Shown here piece by piece: positions 8,668 through 18,765 of a stretch of 45,324 nucleotides of DNA. The notes beneath the pieces were generated by a model. That model saw nothing but the letters and a program-made list of their open reading frames with translations, did no database searches and was not told the origin of the DNA. Numbering within the stretch: position 1 is the first letter of the stretch; every line of letters starts with the position of its first letter. This DNA comes from Xanthobacteraceae bacterium (GTDB taxonomy: Bacteria > Pseudomonadota > Alphaproteobacteria > Rhizobiales > Xanthobacteraceae): the NCBI GenBank assembly GCA_035503415.1, contig DATJTL010000270.1, forward strand, positions 1-45,324, read 5' to 3'. A program made the position numbers and the translations under genes.

Positions 8668-10661
8668 TCGGCCGCCTGCAGCGCCGCCCTTGCTTTCGGT
8701 GGCCTAGCCTTGGCCGGCCGTGGCGCGCCGACGCGCAGCCGCCGATCGGACAACGACAGCGCACCGCCGAAGAACATGAACACGGCGCCGAGCCAGATCA
8801 GCAAAACATGCGGCTTGAAATAGAGCCGTACCGCAATGCTGCCGTCCTTGCTCGGATCGCCGATCGACACGTAGATCTGGCTGACCCCGCGTGTCATCAG
8901 CGCCGCCTCGGTAGTGGCCATCTCGCGCGCCGGGAAAACGCGGCGGCTCGGCTCCATGACCCCGATCAACTCATTGCCGCGGCGCACGGTGAAATGGCCG
9001 ACGAGGTCCTGATAGTTCGGACCGGCACGATTGAAGGTGCCGTCAAGTGTCAGCCGGTAATGAGCGATGTCGAGGCTGCCTCCGGGCTTGACCTCGGCGA
9101 TCCGCTCGCTGCCCCAGGCGGTGACTGCGACGATGCCCAACAGCGTCACGCCAATGCCGAAATGCGCAAACGCCGTCCCCCACACAGAGCGCGGCAGTCC
9201 GATTGCGCGGCGAAGCGCGGCGGCGGGCGGCAGGCGCAGAACCATCGTGCGTTCGACGATATCGGTGAGCGCCCCGGCCATGACGAAGACCGCGACGCCG
9301 GCGCCGAATGGCGCCAGCACCGGACCACCGCGGGCGACCGCGAAAGCTGCCGCGATCGCCACGGCTGCGAGTACAGCGGCCACGCATAGCCGCTGCGCCG
9401 CGCCCAGAAGATCGCCCCGCTTCCACGCCAACAACGGCCCGAACGGCATCAGGATCATCAGCGGCACGAACAGCGGTCCGAAGGTCGAATTGAAGAACGG
9501 CGGGCCGACCGAAATCTTCTCCCCGGTCAGCGCTTCCAGTGCCAGCGGATAGAGCGTGCCGATCACAACTGTGGCGCAGGCGGTGACCAGAAACAGGTTG
9601 TTGAAGACCAGCGCGCCTTCACGCGAGATCGGCGCGAACAGGCCGCCCTGCTTGAGCAATGGCGCACGCCAGGCATAGAGCGAAAGCGCGCCGCCGATGA
9701 AGGCAACCAGGATCGCCAGAATAAACACGCCGCGTCTGGGGTCGGTGGCGAAGGCGTGGACCGAGGTGAGGACGCCGGATCGCACCAGGAACGTTCCCAT
9801 CAGCGACAGCGAGAAAGCGAGGATGGCGAGCAATACGGTCCAAACCTTGAGCGCCTCGCGCTTTTCCATCACCACTGCGGAATGCAGCAGCGCCGTACCG
9901 GCGATCCATGGCATCAGGGACGCGTTCTCGACCGGATCCCAGAACCAGAAGCCACCCCAGCCAAGTTCGTAATAGGACCAGTAGGAACCGCCGGCGATGC
10001 CAAGCGTCAGGCACATCCACGCGACCAGCACCCAAGGACGCACCCAGCGCGCCCAGGCCGCGTCGATGCGGCCCTCAAGCAGTGCGGCGATCGCGAAGGA
10101 AAAGGTGATCGAGAAGCCGACATAGCCGAGGTAAAGCATCGGCGGATGAAAGGCGAGGCCGGGGTCTTGGAGGATGGGATTGAGATCGCGGCCTTCAAAC
10201 GGCGCGTTAGCGATGCGCGCGAACGGGTTCGACGTGGTGAGAATGAACAGCTCGAAAGCGGCGGCGATCCAGCCCTGCACGGCGAGCGCGTCGGCTTTGA
10301 GCGCCGCCGGCAGATTGCCGCCGAACAGCGCCACCAGAGCGCCGAAGAAGGCAAGGATCGAGACCCACAGCATCATGGAGCCTTCGTGGTTCCCCCAGAT
10401 GCTGGTGAGCCGGTAGATCAACGGCATCGCCGTGTTCGAATTCTCGTAGACGTTGAGGACGGAGAAATCGGAGGCGACGTAGCACTCGGCCAGTGCCAGA
10501 AAGGCGATCGCAATAAAGGCGAATTGCGCGAGCGCGGCGGGCCCCGCCATGCTCATGAGCGCGGCGTCGTTGGTACGCGCGCCGACGATCGGCATCGTGC
10601 TCTGAATGAGAGCGATGCCGAACGCCAGCATCAATGCGTAATGGCCGAGTTCGGGAATCAC
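8664..10661 (-). CDS. ccmF: Cytochrome c heme lyase subunit CcmF (CycK)
   Basis: Polytopic membrane protein containing the WWD-type motif [18 protein letters not shown]. The longest ORF starts at 10715, but the conserved N-terminus (V/M)[11 protein letters not shown] begins at the GTG at 10661, which overlaps the ccmE stop as GTGA. Confidence 0.92.
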   Translation of the reverse strand: MIPELGHYALMLAFGIALIQSTMPIVGARTNDAALMSMAGPAALAQFAFIAIAFLALAECYVASDFSVLNVYENSNTAMPLIYRLTSIWGNHEGSMMLWVSILAFFGALVALFGGNLPAALKADALAVQGWIAAAFELFILTTSNPFARIANAPFEGRDLNPILQDPGLAFHPPMLYLGYVGFSITFSFAIAALLEGRIDAAWARWVRPWVLVAWMCLTLGIAGGSYWSYYELGWGGFWFWDPVENASLMPWIAGTALLHSAVVMEKREALKVWTVLLAILAFSLSLMGTFLVRSGVLTSVHAFATDPRRGVFILAILVAFIGGALSLYAWRAPLLKQGGLFAPISREGALVFNNLFLVTACATVVIGTLYPLALEALTGEKISVGPPFFNSTFGPLFVPLMILMPFGPLLAWKRGDLLGAAQRLCVAAVLAAVAIAAAFAVARGGPVLAPFGAGVAVFVMAGALTDIVERTMVLRLPPAAALRRAIGLPRSVWGTAFAHFGIGVTLLGIVAVTAWGSERIAEVKPGGSLDIAHYRLTLDGTFNRAGPNYQDLVGHFTVRRGNELIGVMEPSRRVFPAREMATTEAALMTRGVSQIYVSIGDPSKDGSIAVRLYFKPHVLLIWLGAVFMFFGGALSLSDRRLRVGAPRPAKARPPKARAALQAAE

Positions 10662-11140
10662 TTTTCCGCTCCGCTCACCGGCAGCGCCGCGCGCGCCGCG
10701 TAGTCGTCTTTCCAATGCCCCGATTTCTTCAGTGCATCAACGACCTCTTTGGGCATGTAGGTGGCATCGTGCTTGGCCAGAATCGTGTCGGCGACGAACG
10801 TGCCAGAGCTGTCGAGTTCACCCTCCGCCACCACGCCCTGCCCTTCACGAAACAGATCCGGCACCACGCCATGGTAGGTTACCGGGATCTCGTTCTTGCC
10901 GTCGGTCACCTCGAAGCGGATGCGCAGACCGTCCGCACGCACGAGGCTGCCGGTCTTTACCAGACCGCCGAGCCGGATGCGCGTGCCTGGCTCAACATGC
11001 CTTTCCATTACGTCGCTCGGCGAATTGAAGAACACGATCGAGTCGCTGAACGCGTTGAGCATGAGCGCCACCGCGACCGCGAGCACGGTCAGCGAGCCGC
11101 CGATCAGAACCAGGCGCCGCTGCTTGCGCGTCATTGGCAT
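10658..11140 (-). CDS. ccmE: Cytochrome c maturation heme chaperone CcmE (CycJ)
   Basis: 160 aa: [13 protein letters not shown] with an N-terminal TM anchor, an OB-fold region (IRLGGLV..GSLVR) and the heme-binding region [12 protein letters not shown]. Confidence 0.92.
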   Translation of the reverse strand: MPMTRKQRRLVLIGGSLTVLAVAVALMLNAFSDSIVFFNSPSDVMERHVEPGTRIRLGGLVKTGSLVRADGLRIRFEVTDGKNEIPVTYHGVVPDLFREGQGVVAEGELDSSGTFVADTILAKHDATYMPKEVVDALKKSGHWKDDYAARAALPVSGAEK

Positions 11141-11158
11141 CCTCTGCCGGACATCGCT

Positions 11159-12265
11159 TTATCCTTCGAGACCGAGACTTTTGGCGAGATCGTCAATGCG
11201 CTTGACCTCTTCGGGACGTTCGGCCAGCGCCCGCTTGGCATCGGCGGCCGCATCCCTGGCCTTATCCTGATCGCCGAGCACCGCGTAGGCGCGCACCAGG
11301 CGCACCCAACCTTCAACATCGTTTCCGTTGGCGTGCAATTTGTCGGCGAGCTTTTGCACCATGCCGCGGATCATCTCGGTGCGCTGCGCCACCGGCATGT
11401 TCTGCACGGCCTCCATTTCCTGCTGGGTCGGGTCCACCCCGGCAACAGGCTGGCCAGTGACCCGTGCCAGCGCCTGGCGCACGAAGGCCGCCCACGGCGC
11501 ACCTGCGGGCGCGCCCGCGAGGAGCGCGCGCCACTTGGCGGCCGCGGCGTCCTTGTTGCCGTCCTGCTCGTCGGCAAGGCCAAGGAAGTAAAGCGCCTTC
11601 GGATCATGCGCGTCGAGTGCGACGGCGCGCTCGAATAGCTTCTTTGCCTCGTCGGTCACGATGCCGTTCGCGGCGGCGACCAGCGCCTCGCCGAGATCGG
11701 CATTGCGGGTCGCGGTTTCGCCGTTGAGCGCGAGCGATTTGCGCAATGCTGTAACGGCGTCATCATAGCGGCCAAGCCGCATGTAGACCGGAGCGATCAC
11801 TTGCCAGCCGGCGCCGTCATCGGGATTTTTCGCAAGGTGCTGCTCGACCTGACCGATCAGGGCGGCAATCGATTCGTGGTCCGGCGGCAGCGAGACGCGG
11901 GCGTAGGCCGGCTGGCCCGGGATGCTCGGCGATCCGAGCGCCATGTAAAGGCCGAGCGGCACCACCAAGATAACAACCAGCGCGGCCACCGCCGCGGCAC
12001 GGCGGCGCCACAATGGCTGCAATGAGGGCTGCTCCGTCTTCATATCGGCGGCAGCCAGAAGCCGGCGCGAAACCTCGATGCGCGCCGCCTCGGCCTCGGC
12101 CTCCCCGATCAGTCCGGCGTTGCGGTCGCGGCCGATTTCCTCCAACTGGTCCTGATAGACGGCAAGGTCGTTGCCGGCACCGGCAGCGGGCGGTTTGCGG
12201 GAAAGCGGCCATAGAACGGCGAGTACAGCCGCGGCGCTCATCAGTGCAATAATGATCCAAAGCAT
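11159..12265 (-). CDS. ccmI: Cytochrome c-type biogenesis protein CcmI (CycH), two TM plus TPR repeats
   Basis: 368 aa with N-terminal TM MLWIIIALMSAAAVLAVLWPL, a second TM and TPR-like repeats (YMRLGRYDDAVTALRKSLALN..). It sits first in the ccmIEFH order typical of rhizobial cycHJKL. Confidence 0.85.
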   Translation of the reverse strand: MLWIIIALMSAAAVLAVLWPLSRKPPAAGAGNDLAVYQDQLEEIGRDRNAGLIGEAEAEAARIEVSRRLLAAADMKTEQPSLQPLWRRRAAAVAALVVILVVPLGLYMALGSPSIPGQPAYARVSLPPDHESIAALIGQVEQHLAKNPDDGAGWQVIAPVYMRLGRYDDAVTALRKSLALNGETATRNADLGEALVAAANGIVTDEAKKLFERAVALDAHDPKALYFLGLADEQDGNKDAAAAKWRALLAGAPAGAPWAAFVRQALARVTGQPVAGVDPTQQEMEAVQNMPVAQRTEMIRGMVQKLADKLHANGNDVEGWVRLVRAYAVLGDQDKARDAAADAKRALAERPEEVKRIDDLAKSLGLEG

Positions 12266-12461
12266 CGTGCCGTTATTTCATTATTTCTTTGCCGATTTCC
12301 AGGTACCGTTTCCACGCCTGTTTCCGAGTACCGGATGCGTCCACGGCAGCGACGCCAACGCGGGCGCGAACCCGGCCGAGCCTCGCGCCGGCCGTTACAT
12401 CACGGCGCAAATGCGGCTGCAATGGGAACGCCAGCGCGGCAATTGCGCACTGCGTGCCGCC

Positions 12462-13910
12462 TTACGCCCGTGCCGCCGACTTGCGCTCAACCGGCGGGCT
12501 CTGCAGTGCGACATCCGCAGCCTTGGCCAGGAGACCGGCATAGTCGGGCCCGAACACCGTCCGGCAAAAGCGAACGGCGGCGTCGACCTGCGACTGCCGG
12601 AACGGCCGCTCGGCATCGCCGGCGTGGCGTAAAGTGTCGAGCAGGATTCTGGTGCCGGTTTCGAGATATTGCGTGAGTTCCGAATGGGTGCGCAACGTCA
12701 CCTCGCTCGCAGCGAGCTCGCTGGCGTAATGCCTGCACACGCCGACCAGTTCGACTCGCGTCTCCACCTCGTGCACGTCCAGGGCATCGAGCAGCGAGCC
12801 CGGCACGATTTCCTTGGCCGGACGCGGCCGCAGCAGACGGCGGACTCGGCCGGGGGTCGTTTCCAATTCCGCGGTCAGTAGATTCGATGCCGCGCTGCGG
12901 ATCGCGGCAAGTTGGCGGCTCCACGGCGAATCGACGCTGAGATCCATTTCGGTGCGCATACCGCGCGCGCCGTCGTGAATGGCCTTGAGCAGCGAGGCGA
13001 CCGGCCGGCCGGCCTTCAGCTCCACGCGCAGTTCGTCCACCATGGATTCAAGGTCGCTCAGCACGATGGTGACTGCCATCGCATAGGGTAGTCCGGCGAT
13101 GCGGGCGGTGTCGTCGCTCTCGGCTGCATGTGTGGCGATGCGAATGAGCTGCCATGGTGCCGCCAGCCGACTGGCGACCACGATCAGTCCATAGAGAAGG
13201 AGGTCGGACTTCGCAGCGACGCCTTGCGGCGACGTCTTCGGGACGGCCAGACTGTCCAGAAGCGTCTTGACCTGATCGATCTGGTCGCGTTCGAACGCGC
13301 GAATATGGTCCGGCAGTCGCCGCGCCAAGTCGGCGAGCGCGTCGCGAACAGCCAGAATGCGCATCAAGGTCGTGACGTCCTCGACCGCTCGCGGCGTGCC
13401 AACCTCCACGGAAAAGCGCCGACGCGCTTTCTCGTTCGAACCGAGCGCGGTGAGACCCTCGTTCATCCGCTGAACCGCGCGCTCGTGCAAGGCACGGACT
13501 AGCTGCTCGACCTTGACAGGGTCTTCGGCCAGCAAAGCGCGGTTGATATCGTCGCTCAGCGCCTTTGTTTCGGCGGGCATCAGGTCGCGGCCGATCCACT
13601 CCCAGATCGGCTCCAGCGACACGCGCGAGAAACGCCCGACCCGCTTGTGATCGGCAGGGCCCTCGATCAAAAACGGCTCGAGCGGCATGAAGAAGCGGCG
13701 CGCCGCATCGGCGATACGCGCTGCCGGTTGCGCCTCGGCACGGATCGAGCGCCGCAATTCCTGCAACACCAGCTCACTGCCGGCGATGTTCTCCTCGCGC
13801 AACATGGCGCGTTCGAGCTCGGCGATCAGCATCGCCCGGGCTTCCGCCGAGAGGGATTGCAGATATTCCCGCAGCCGTTCGATGGACGACCCATCGCTGG
13901 TCATGGGCAC
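12462..13910 (-). CDS. Hypothetical protein, 482 aa, predicted cytoplasmic and alpha-helical, no motif I recognise
   Basis: Long ORF with strong third-position GC bias, matching neighbouring genes. No TM segment or signal peptide. No competing credible ORF on the other strand. Confidence 0.7.
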   Translation of the reverse strand: MPMTSDGSSIERLREYLQSLSAEARAMLIAELERAMLREENIAGSELVLQELRRSIRAEAQPAARIADAARRFFMPLEPFLIEGPADHKRVGRFSRVSLEPIWEWIGRDLMPAETKALSDDINRALLAEDPVKVEQLVRALHERAVQRMNEGLTALGSNEKARRRFSVEVGTPRAVEDVTTLMRILAVRDALADLARRLPDHIRAFERDQIDQVKTLLDSLAVPKTSPQGVAAKSDLLLYGLIVVASRLAAPWQLIRIATHAAESDDTARIAGLPYAMAVTIVLSDLESMVDELRVELKAGRPVASLLKAIHDGARGMRTEMDLSVDSPWSRQLAAIRSAASNLLTAELETTPGRVRRLLRPRPAKEIVPGSLLDALDVHEVETRVELVGVCRHYASELAASEVTLRTHSELTQYLETGTRILLDTLRHAGDAERPFRQSQVDAAVRFCRTVFGPDYAGLLAKAADVALQSPPVERKSAARA

Positions 13911-14124
13911 ACCGCGTTAGCTGCACCGCACCGTTGCCGTTCTAAGCGCGCGGCGATTAAGAAGGAGTTACGTAAAACGACGGCGATTCAAAGCGCTAAG
14001 CGCCTTTTGGGCGTACTGGCGGAGCCAACCCGGTTTGACTAGGGTACGGCCTCAGCCCGTCGCGCAAGTGCGAGCCGAAAAGGCCGCACACCGTCGCCGC
14101 TCAGGAACGCCACAAGGGGGAGCC

Positions 14125-15123
14125 ATGCGCCGCCATTCGTATCGATACATTCATCTCTCGGCCGCGGCGCTGGCGCTGGCGGTCATCGCCGCGCTGGCGC
14201 TCGCCGGGCCATCGGCGCTGGCGCAGGACTTTCCGACGCACGTGGTCCGTATCGTCGTGCCCTACCCCGCCGGCGGCACCGCCGACGTGATGCCGCGCAT
14301 CCTTGCCGACTGGCTGTCGCACAAATGGGGGCAGTCGGTCATCATCGACAACCGCACCGGCGCCGGCGGCAATATCGGCGCCGAGGTCGCCGCCAAGGCC
14401 GAGCCGGACGGTTACACGCTGCTCGCCTCGCCGCCGGGACCGCTGGTCATCAACCAGAACCTTTATCCGCACCTGGACTTTGATCCACTGCAGTTCGTTC
14501 CGATCGTGGTCATGGGCCACGTGCCGAACGCGCTGGTGGTCAACCCCGACAAGATCAAGGCAAACACGGTGAAGGACTTCATCGCCTATGCGCAGGCAAA
14601 TCCCGGCAAGGTCACAGATGCCACGCAGGGCAACGGCACCACCTCGCATCTGACCTCGGAATTGTTTCAGCTGATGGCAAAAGTGAAACTGCAGAACGTG
14701 CCGTATCGCGGCTCGGCGCCGGCGCTCAACGACCTCGTCGCCGGCAATGTCGACGCGATGTTCGACAATCTCGGCGTATCGATGCAATTCGTCAAAGCCG
14801 GCAAGCTCAAGCTGATCGCGGTCGCTTCGCCCGAACGCGTGTCGGCACTGCCCAAAGTTCCCACCATCGCCGAGACCTTGCCCGGATTCGCTTCAGTGAC
14901 CTGGTATGCGCTGGCCGCGCCGCCGAAGACGCCCGCCGCGATCGTCGAGACGATCAACGCCGCGGTGAACGAGGCGCTGCGCGATCCCGGCGTTCGGGCG
15001 CGCTTTGCCAACCTGTCCGCCGAACCGGCAGGCGGCACGCCGCAGGCGACTGCGGCCTACTTTCACGATGAGGTCGAGCGCTGGAAGAAAGTGATCGTTT
15101 CGGCCCACGTGACCTTGGATTGA
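14125..15123 (+). CDS. Bug-family (TctC-like) tripartite tricarboxylate transporter substrate-binding protein
   Basis: Signal peptide (LSAAALALAVIAALALAGPSALA), then the Bug-family N-terminus FPTHVVRIVVPYPAGGTADVMPR and ..DNRTGAGGNIG. I prefer the ATG at 14125 (AAGGGGGA RBS) over the longest-ORF start at 14035. Confidence 0.88.
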   Translation: MRRHSYRYIHLSAAALALAVIAALALAGPSALAQDFPTHVVRIVVPYPAGGTADVMPRILADWLSHKWGQSVIIDNRTGAGGNIGAEVAAKAEPDGYTLLASPPGPLVINQNLYPHLDFDPLQFVPIVVMGHVPNALVVNPDKIKANTVKDFIAYAQANPGKVTDATQGNGTTSHLTSELFQLMAKVKLQNVPYRGSAPALNDLVAGNVDAMFDNLGVSMQFVKAGKLKLIAVASPERVSALPKVPTIAETLPGFASVTWYALAAPPKTPAAIVETINAAVNEALRDPGVRARFANLSAEPAGGTPQATAAYFHDEVERWKKVIVSAHVTLD

Positions 15124-15130
15124 CGCCAAC

Positions 15131-16162
15131 ATGGCCGCGAATTCAAGTTCGCCGCATTCACGTTCGCAGCATTCACCTTCGGCGCCGCTCTCGTGGAAAG
15201 ACGGCGCGCGGGTCGTATGGACCGCCGTCGCCATTCTGCTCGGCGGCACCGCTGCAAGCGCGGCGGCCGAACCCTATCCGACCCACCCGATCAGGCTGGT
15301 CGTCGGCTTTCTTGCCGGCGGGCCGACGGATATTCCGGCGCGCTTTATCGCCGACCGCCTGAGCACGCAGCTTGGCCAAAAGGTTTATGTCGAGAACAAG
15401 CCGGGCGCCGGAGGCATGATCGCGCTCAACGACGTGCTGGCGCAGCCACGCGACGGCTATAACCTCTCTTTCTGCACTTATTTCGACGCGATCAACACGC
15501 TGCTCTATCAGAACGTATCCTACAAGCTCGCCGACATCGCGCCGATCACCATGGTCTCGAAGTATTATTATCTCATCGCGCTTGCCAAGTCGGTTCCGGT
15601 CGACACGTTCACTCAATTCGTCGGCTATGCCAAGGCGCATCCGGGCGACATTCTCTACGGCACGGTTGGCGCCGGATCGACGCAGGAACTCGTCGCGCAC
15701 GAACTGGAAAAGACCGCCGGTATCAGCATGACCAAGGTGCCGTTCAAGGGCGCTAACGAGATCACGCAGGAAATGGTGGCCGGCCGCGTGCATTTTCAGG
15801 TCGGGCCGCCCATCGCCATCGGCCCCTACTACAAGAGCGGCCAGCTCAAAGTGCTGGCGACGACAAGTCCGCAGCGCCTCGATAGCTTTCCCGACATCCC
15901 GAGCCTCACCGAACTGGGTTACAAGCTGACACCATACGGCTGGCTCGGCGTCTGCGCCGGCGCCGGCACGCCGCAGCCGATCGTCGATCTGCTCAATCGG
16001 CATATCGTCTCCATCACGAATTCCGACGAATATCGTCAATTCATGGAAAAAACCGGCAATATCCCGGTCGCCATGACACCCGAGCAATTCGGCCGCGCCA
16101 TCACCGCGACCGTCGACGACGCCGCCCCCACGATCCACGAATTCCACATGCAGATCCAATAA
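15131..16162 (+). CDS. Bug-family (TctC-like) substrate-binding protein, second copy
   Basis: 343 aa: ..AAEPYPTHPIRLVVGFLAGGPTDIPAR..ENKPGAGGMIA. A paralogue of the preceding gene, starting 8 nt after its stop. Confidence 0.88.
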   Translation: MAANSSSPHSRSQHSPSAPLSWKDGARVVWTAVAILLGGTAASAAAEPYPTHPIRLVVGFLAGGPTDIPARFIADRLSTQLGQKVYVENKPGAGGMIALNDVLAQPRDGYNLSFCTYFDAINTLLYQNVSYKLADIAPITMVSKYYYLIALAKSVPVDTFTQFVGYAKAHPGDILYGTVGAGSTQELVAHELEKTAGISMTKVPFKGANEITQEMVAGRVHFQVGPPIAIGPYYKSGQLKVLATTSPQRLDSFPDIPSLTELGYKLTPYGWLGVCAGAGTPQPIVDLLNRHIVSITNSDEYRQFMEKTGNIPVAMTPEQFGRAITATVDDAAPTIHEFHMQIQ

Positions 16163-16166
16163 GTCC

Positions 16167-17315
16167 ATGAAACACAGCACCGATCGAATCCTGACCACCC
16201 ATGCCGGCAGCCTGCCGCGGCCGGCCGACCTTCTGACGCGCGTCGAGCGCGACGGCGCCAACGCGTTCGATGCGCCAGACGCCGCCGCCGAGCTGCGCGC
16301 TGCCGTCTCTGGCATCGTGAGGAAGCAGGCCGAACTCGGCATCGACGTGGTCGACGACGGCGAATATGGCAAGCCGAGCTTCGTCAGCTACATCAACGAA
16401 CGCCTCGGCGGTTACGAGCTCGATACCGCTGCCGGGCCACGCAACCAGTGGGCCACTTCGCGCGAGGGGCAGTCCTTTCCGGACTTTTACGCGCAGACCC
16501 ACGCCGCCTCTCGACACGCCCATATGGTCTGCACGGGACCGATCACCTACAAGGGGCATGCACGGCTTCAGCGCGACATCGACAATTTCAAAGCGGCCCT
16601 CAAGGCGGTGCACGTCGAGGAAGCGTTCATGCCGGCGATTTCGCCGTCCAATATCGAGGACTGGCAGCGCAACGCCTATTACAAGTCGCAGGAGGAATAC
16701 GTCTTTGCCATCGCCGAAGCGATGCGCGAGGAATACAAAGCCATCATCGACGCGGGATTGTTGCTGCAGATCGATGATCCGCGGCTCGTCACCTATTACA
16801 TCATCCACCCCGAGGCGAGTATCGCGGACTGCCGCAAATGGGCGGAAATCCGGGTCGAGGCACTCAACCGCGCGCTACGCGGCGTTCCCGAAGAGAAAGT
16901 ACGCTTCCACACCTGCTACGGCATCAATATGGGGCCGCGCATTCACGACATGGAGCTCAAGGATATCGTCGATATCATTCTCAAAATAAACGTCGGCGCC
17001 TATTCGTTCGAGGCGGCAAACCCGCGCCACGAACACGAGTGGAAGGTGTGGAAGGATGTGAAGCTGCCGGACGGCAAGGTACTCATCCCTGGCGTGATCT
17101 CGCACTCGACCGTGCTGGTGGAACACCCCGAACTCGTCGCCGAACGCATCGTGCGCTTTGCCAGCGTGGTCGGGCGCGAGAACGTGATCGCCGGCTCCGA
17201 TTGCGGTTTTGCCACCTTTGCCGGCTCCAAAGAGGTGCATCCTTCGATCGTCTGGGCAAAGTTCAAGGCGCTTTCAGACGGCGCGCGCATCGCGTCGAAG
17301 GAATTGTGGAATTAA
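16167..17315 (+). CDS. Cobalamin-independent methionine synthase (MetE C-terminal domain)-like family protein
   Basis: 382 aa. The N-terminus ILTTHAGSLPRP and the later ..IDDP.., FHTCYG and GSDCGFA segments resemble the MetE catalytic-domain/Meth_synt_2 zinc-site pattern. Starts 5 nt after the upstream stop. Confidence 0.8.
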   Translation: MKHSTDRILTTHAGSLPRPADLLTRVERDGANAFDAPDAAAELRAAVSGIVRKQAELGIDVVDDGEYGKPSFVSYINERLGGYELDTAAGPRNQWATSREGQSFPDFYAQTHAASRHAHMVCTGPITYKGHARLQRDIDNFKAALKAVHVEEAFMPAISPSNIEDWQRNAYYKSQEEYVFAIAEAMREEYKAIIDAGLLLQIDDPRLVTYYIIHPEASIADCRKWAEIRVEALNRALRGVPEEKVRFHTCYGINMGPRIHDMELKDIVDIILKINVGAYSFEAANPRHEHEWKVWKDVKLPDGKVLIPGVISHSTVLVEHPELVAERIVRFASVVGRENVIAGSDCGFATFAGSKEVHPSIVWAKFKALSDGARIASKELWN

Positions 17316-17346
17316 TGAGCGCAGCGGCCTGGCACTTATCGAACTA

Positions 17347-18765
17347 TTAGCCGGCCGGCAGCGCCAATTCGGCGCGCAAGCCTCCGATCGGCGCGGTACC
17401 GAGCGTGAGCACCCCGCCATAAAGGCCGGCGAGCTCGACCACGATCGAGAGGCCAAGGCCCGAACCCGGCTTGGTTTCGTCGAGACGGCGGCCGCGCAGC
17501 GCCACCTGCTCGCGCTCGGCGGGCGATAGGCCGGGCCCATCGTCATCGACGATAATCCGAATGCGCGATTTCTCGCCGTCCGCACCGGTCTCGCTCTTTT
17601 GGCTGCGCGCGCCTTTCTCGGCATCGGCTGCCGCACGATCGGCTATCACCTCGATGGCCACACGCGACTGCGCCCATTTGCAGCCATTGTCGACAAGATT
17701 GCCGATCATCTCTTCGAGGTCCTGCTGCTCGCCGCGGAAGTAAGCATGCCCGGGCACATCGACGGCGATCGCGATATCACGATCGCGATGCAGCTTTTCC
17801 ATGGTGCGAGCAAGCGCGGTAACCACCGGAGGAACGTCGGTCAGCGTGCCGACCACGGTCGGCCGCGCCGCGAGCCGCGCCCGCTCGAGCTGGCGCGCCA
17901 CCTGATCGCGCATGATGTTGGCCTGCTCGCGCACCTTTTGCGCAAACGAATCCCCGCCGCGCGCCGCCGCCTCGTTGACGATGACCGACAGCGGCGTTTT
18001 GAGTGCATGCGCGAGGTTGCCGACATGGGTGCGGGCGCGCTCGACAATTTCGCGGTTGGCCTCGATCAACGCGTTGGTTTCGCGCGCCAGCGGCGCGATC
18101 TCGCGCGGGAATTCGCCCTGGAGCCGTTCGGCGCGGCCGGAGCGGATCGCCGCCAACGCCTGCGAAATGCGGGTCAGCGGGGCAAGACCGAAGCGCACTT
18201 GCAGCGCCGTGGTCAACAGCAAAGCCAGCGTGAGCGCCCCGAAAGTGCCGCTGATGGCGCCGTCGAAACTGCGCGTCTCGTCGTCGATCTCGGAAGCATC
18301 GCCGGCGACCTCGATCAAATATTTGCCATCGTCGCCAAGGTCGATATTGCGCTCGACGATGCGCAGCTTCTGATCCTCGGGCCCCTGCGCGTAGCCCTGC
18401 CGGTATTCGGCTGCGGCCGGCGACTGATCGGCGTTGAGCTTGGGCAGCGCGGAATCCCACAGCGAGCGCGAGGAGCGCACTTCGGGCTTCTTGGCATCGA
18501 GACGCGTGACCTGCCAGTACCAGCCCGATAGCGGCAGCTCGAACAGCGGTTCGCCGATCGACTGCGGAAACTTTTCGCCGCCCTCCTCCGGCGAAGCCAC
18601 GTCGGCGACCAGCGTGCGCAGGTAGACGTCGAGCCGGCGATCGAAGGCCCGCTCGACCGCGTGGCGATAGAGCGTGGAGAGCGCGACGCCGGTGACGATG
18701 AGGATGACGAGCGTCCATGCGGCCGCCCACAGAAACAAACGCAGAGCAAGCGAATTAGTGCGCAT
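17347..18765 (-). CDS. Sensor histidine kinase (2 TM, periplasmic loop, HAMP, HisKA, HATPase_c)
   Basis: 472 aa with H-box VGNLAHALKTPLSVI, then NLVDNGCKWA, DDGPGL and GSGLGLSIV. Overlaps the upstream RR gene by 11 nt. Confidence 0.9.
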   Translation of the reverse strand: MRTNSLALRLFLWAAAWTLVILIVTGVALSTLYRHAVERAFDRRLDVYLRTLVADVASPEEGGEKFPQSIGEPLFELPLSGWYWQVTRLDAKKPEVRSSRSLWDSALPKLNADQSPAAAEYRQGYAQGPEDQKLRIVERNIDLGDDGKYLIEVAGDASEIDDETRSFDGAISGTFGALTLALLLTTALQVRFGLAPLTRISQALAAIRSGRAERLQGEFPREIAPLARETNALIEANREIVERARTHVGNLAHALKTPLSVIVNEAAARGGDSFAQKVREQANIMRDQVARQLERARLAARPTVVGTLTDVPPVVTALARTMEKLHRDRDIAIAVDVPGHAYFRGEQQDLEEMIGNLVDNGCKWAQSRVAIEVIADRAAADAEKGARSQKSETGADGEKSRIRIIVDDDGPGLSPAEREQVALRGRRLDETKPGSGLGLSIVVELAGLYGGVLTLGTAPIGGLRAELALPAG

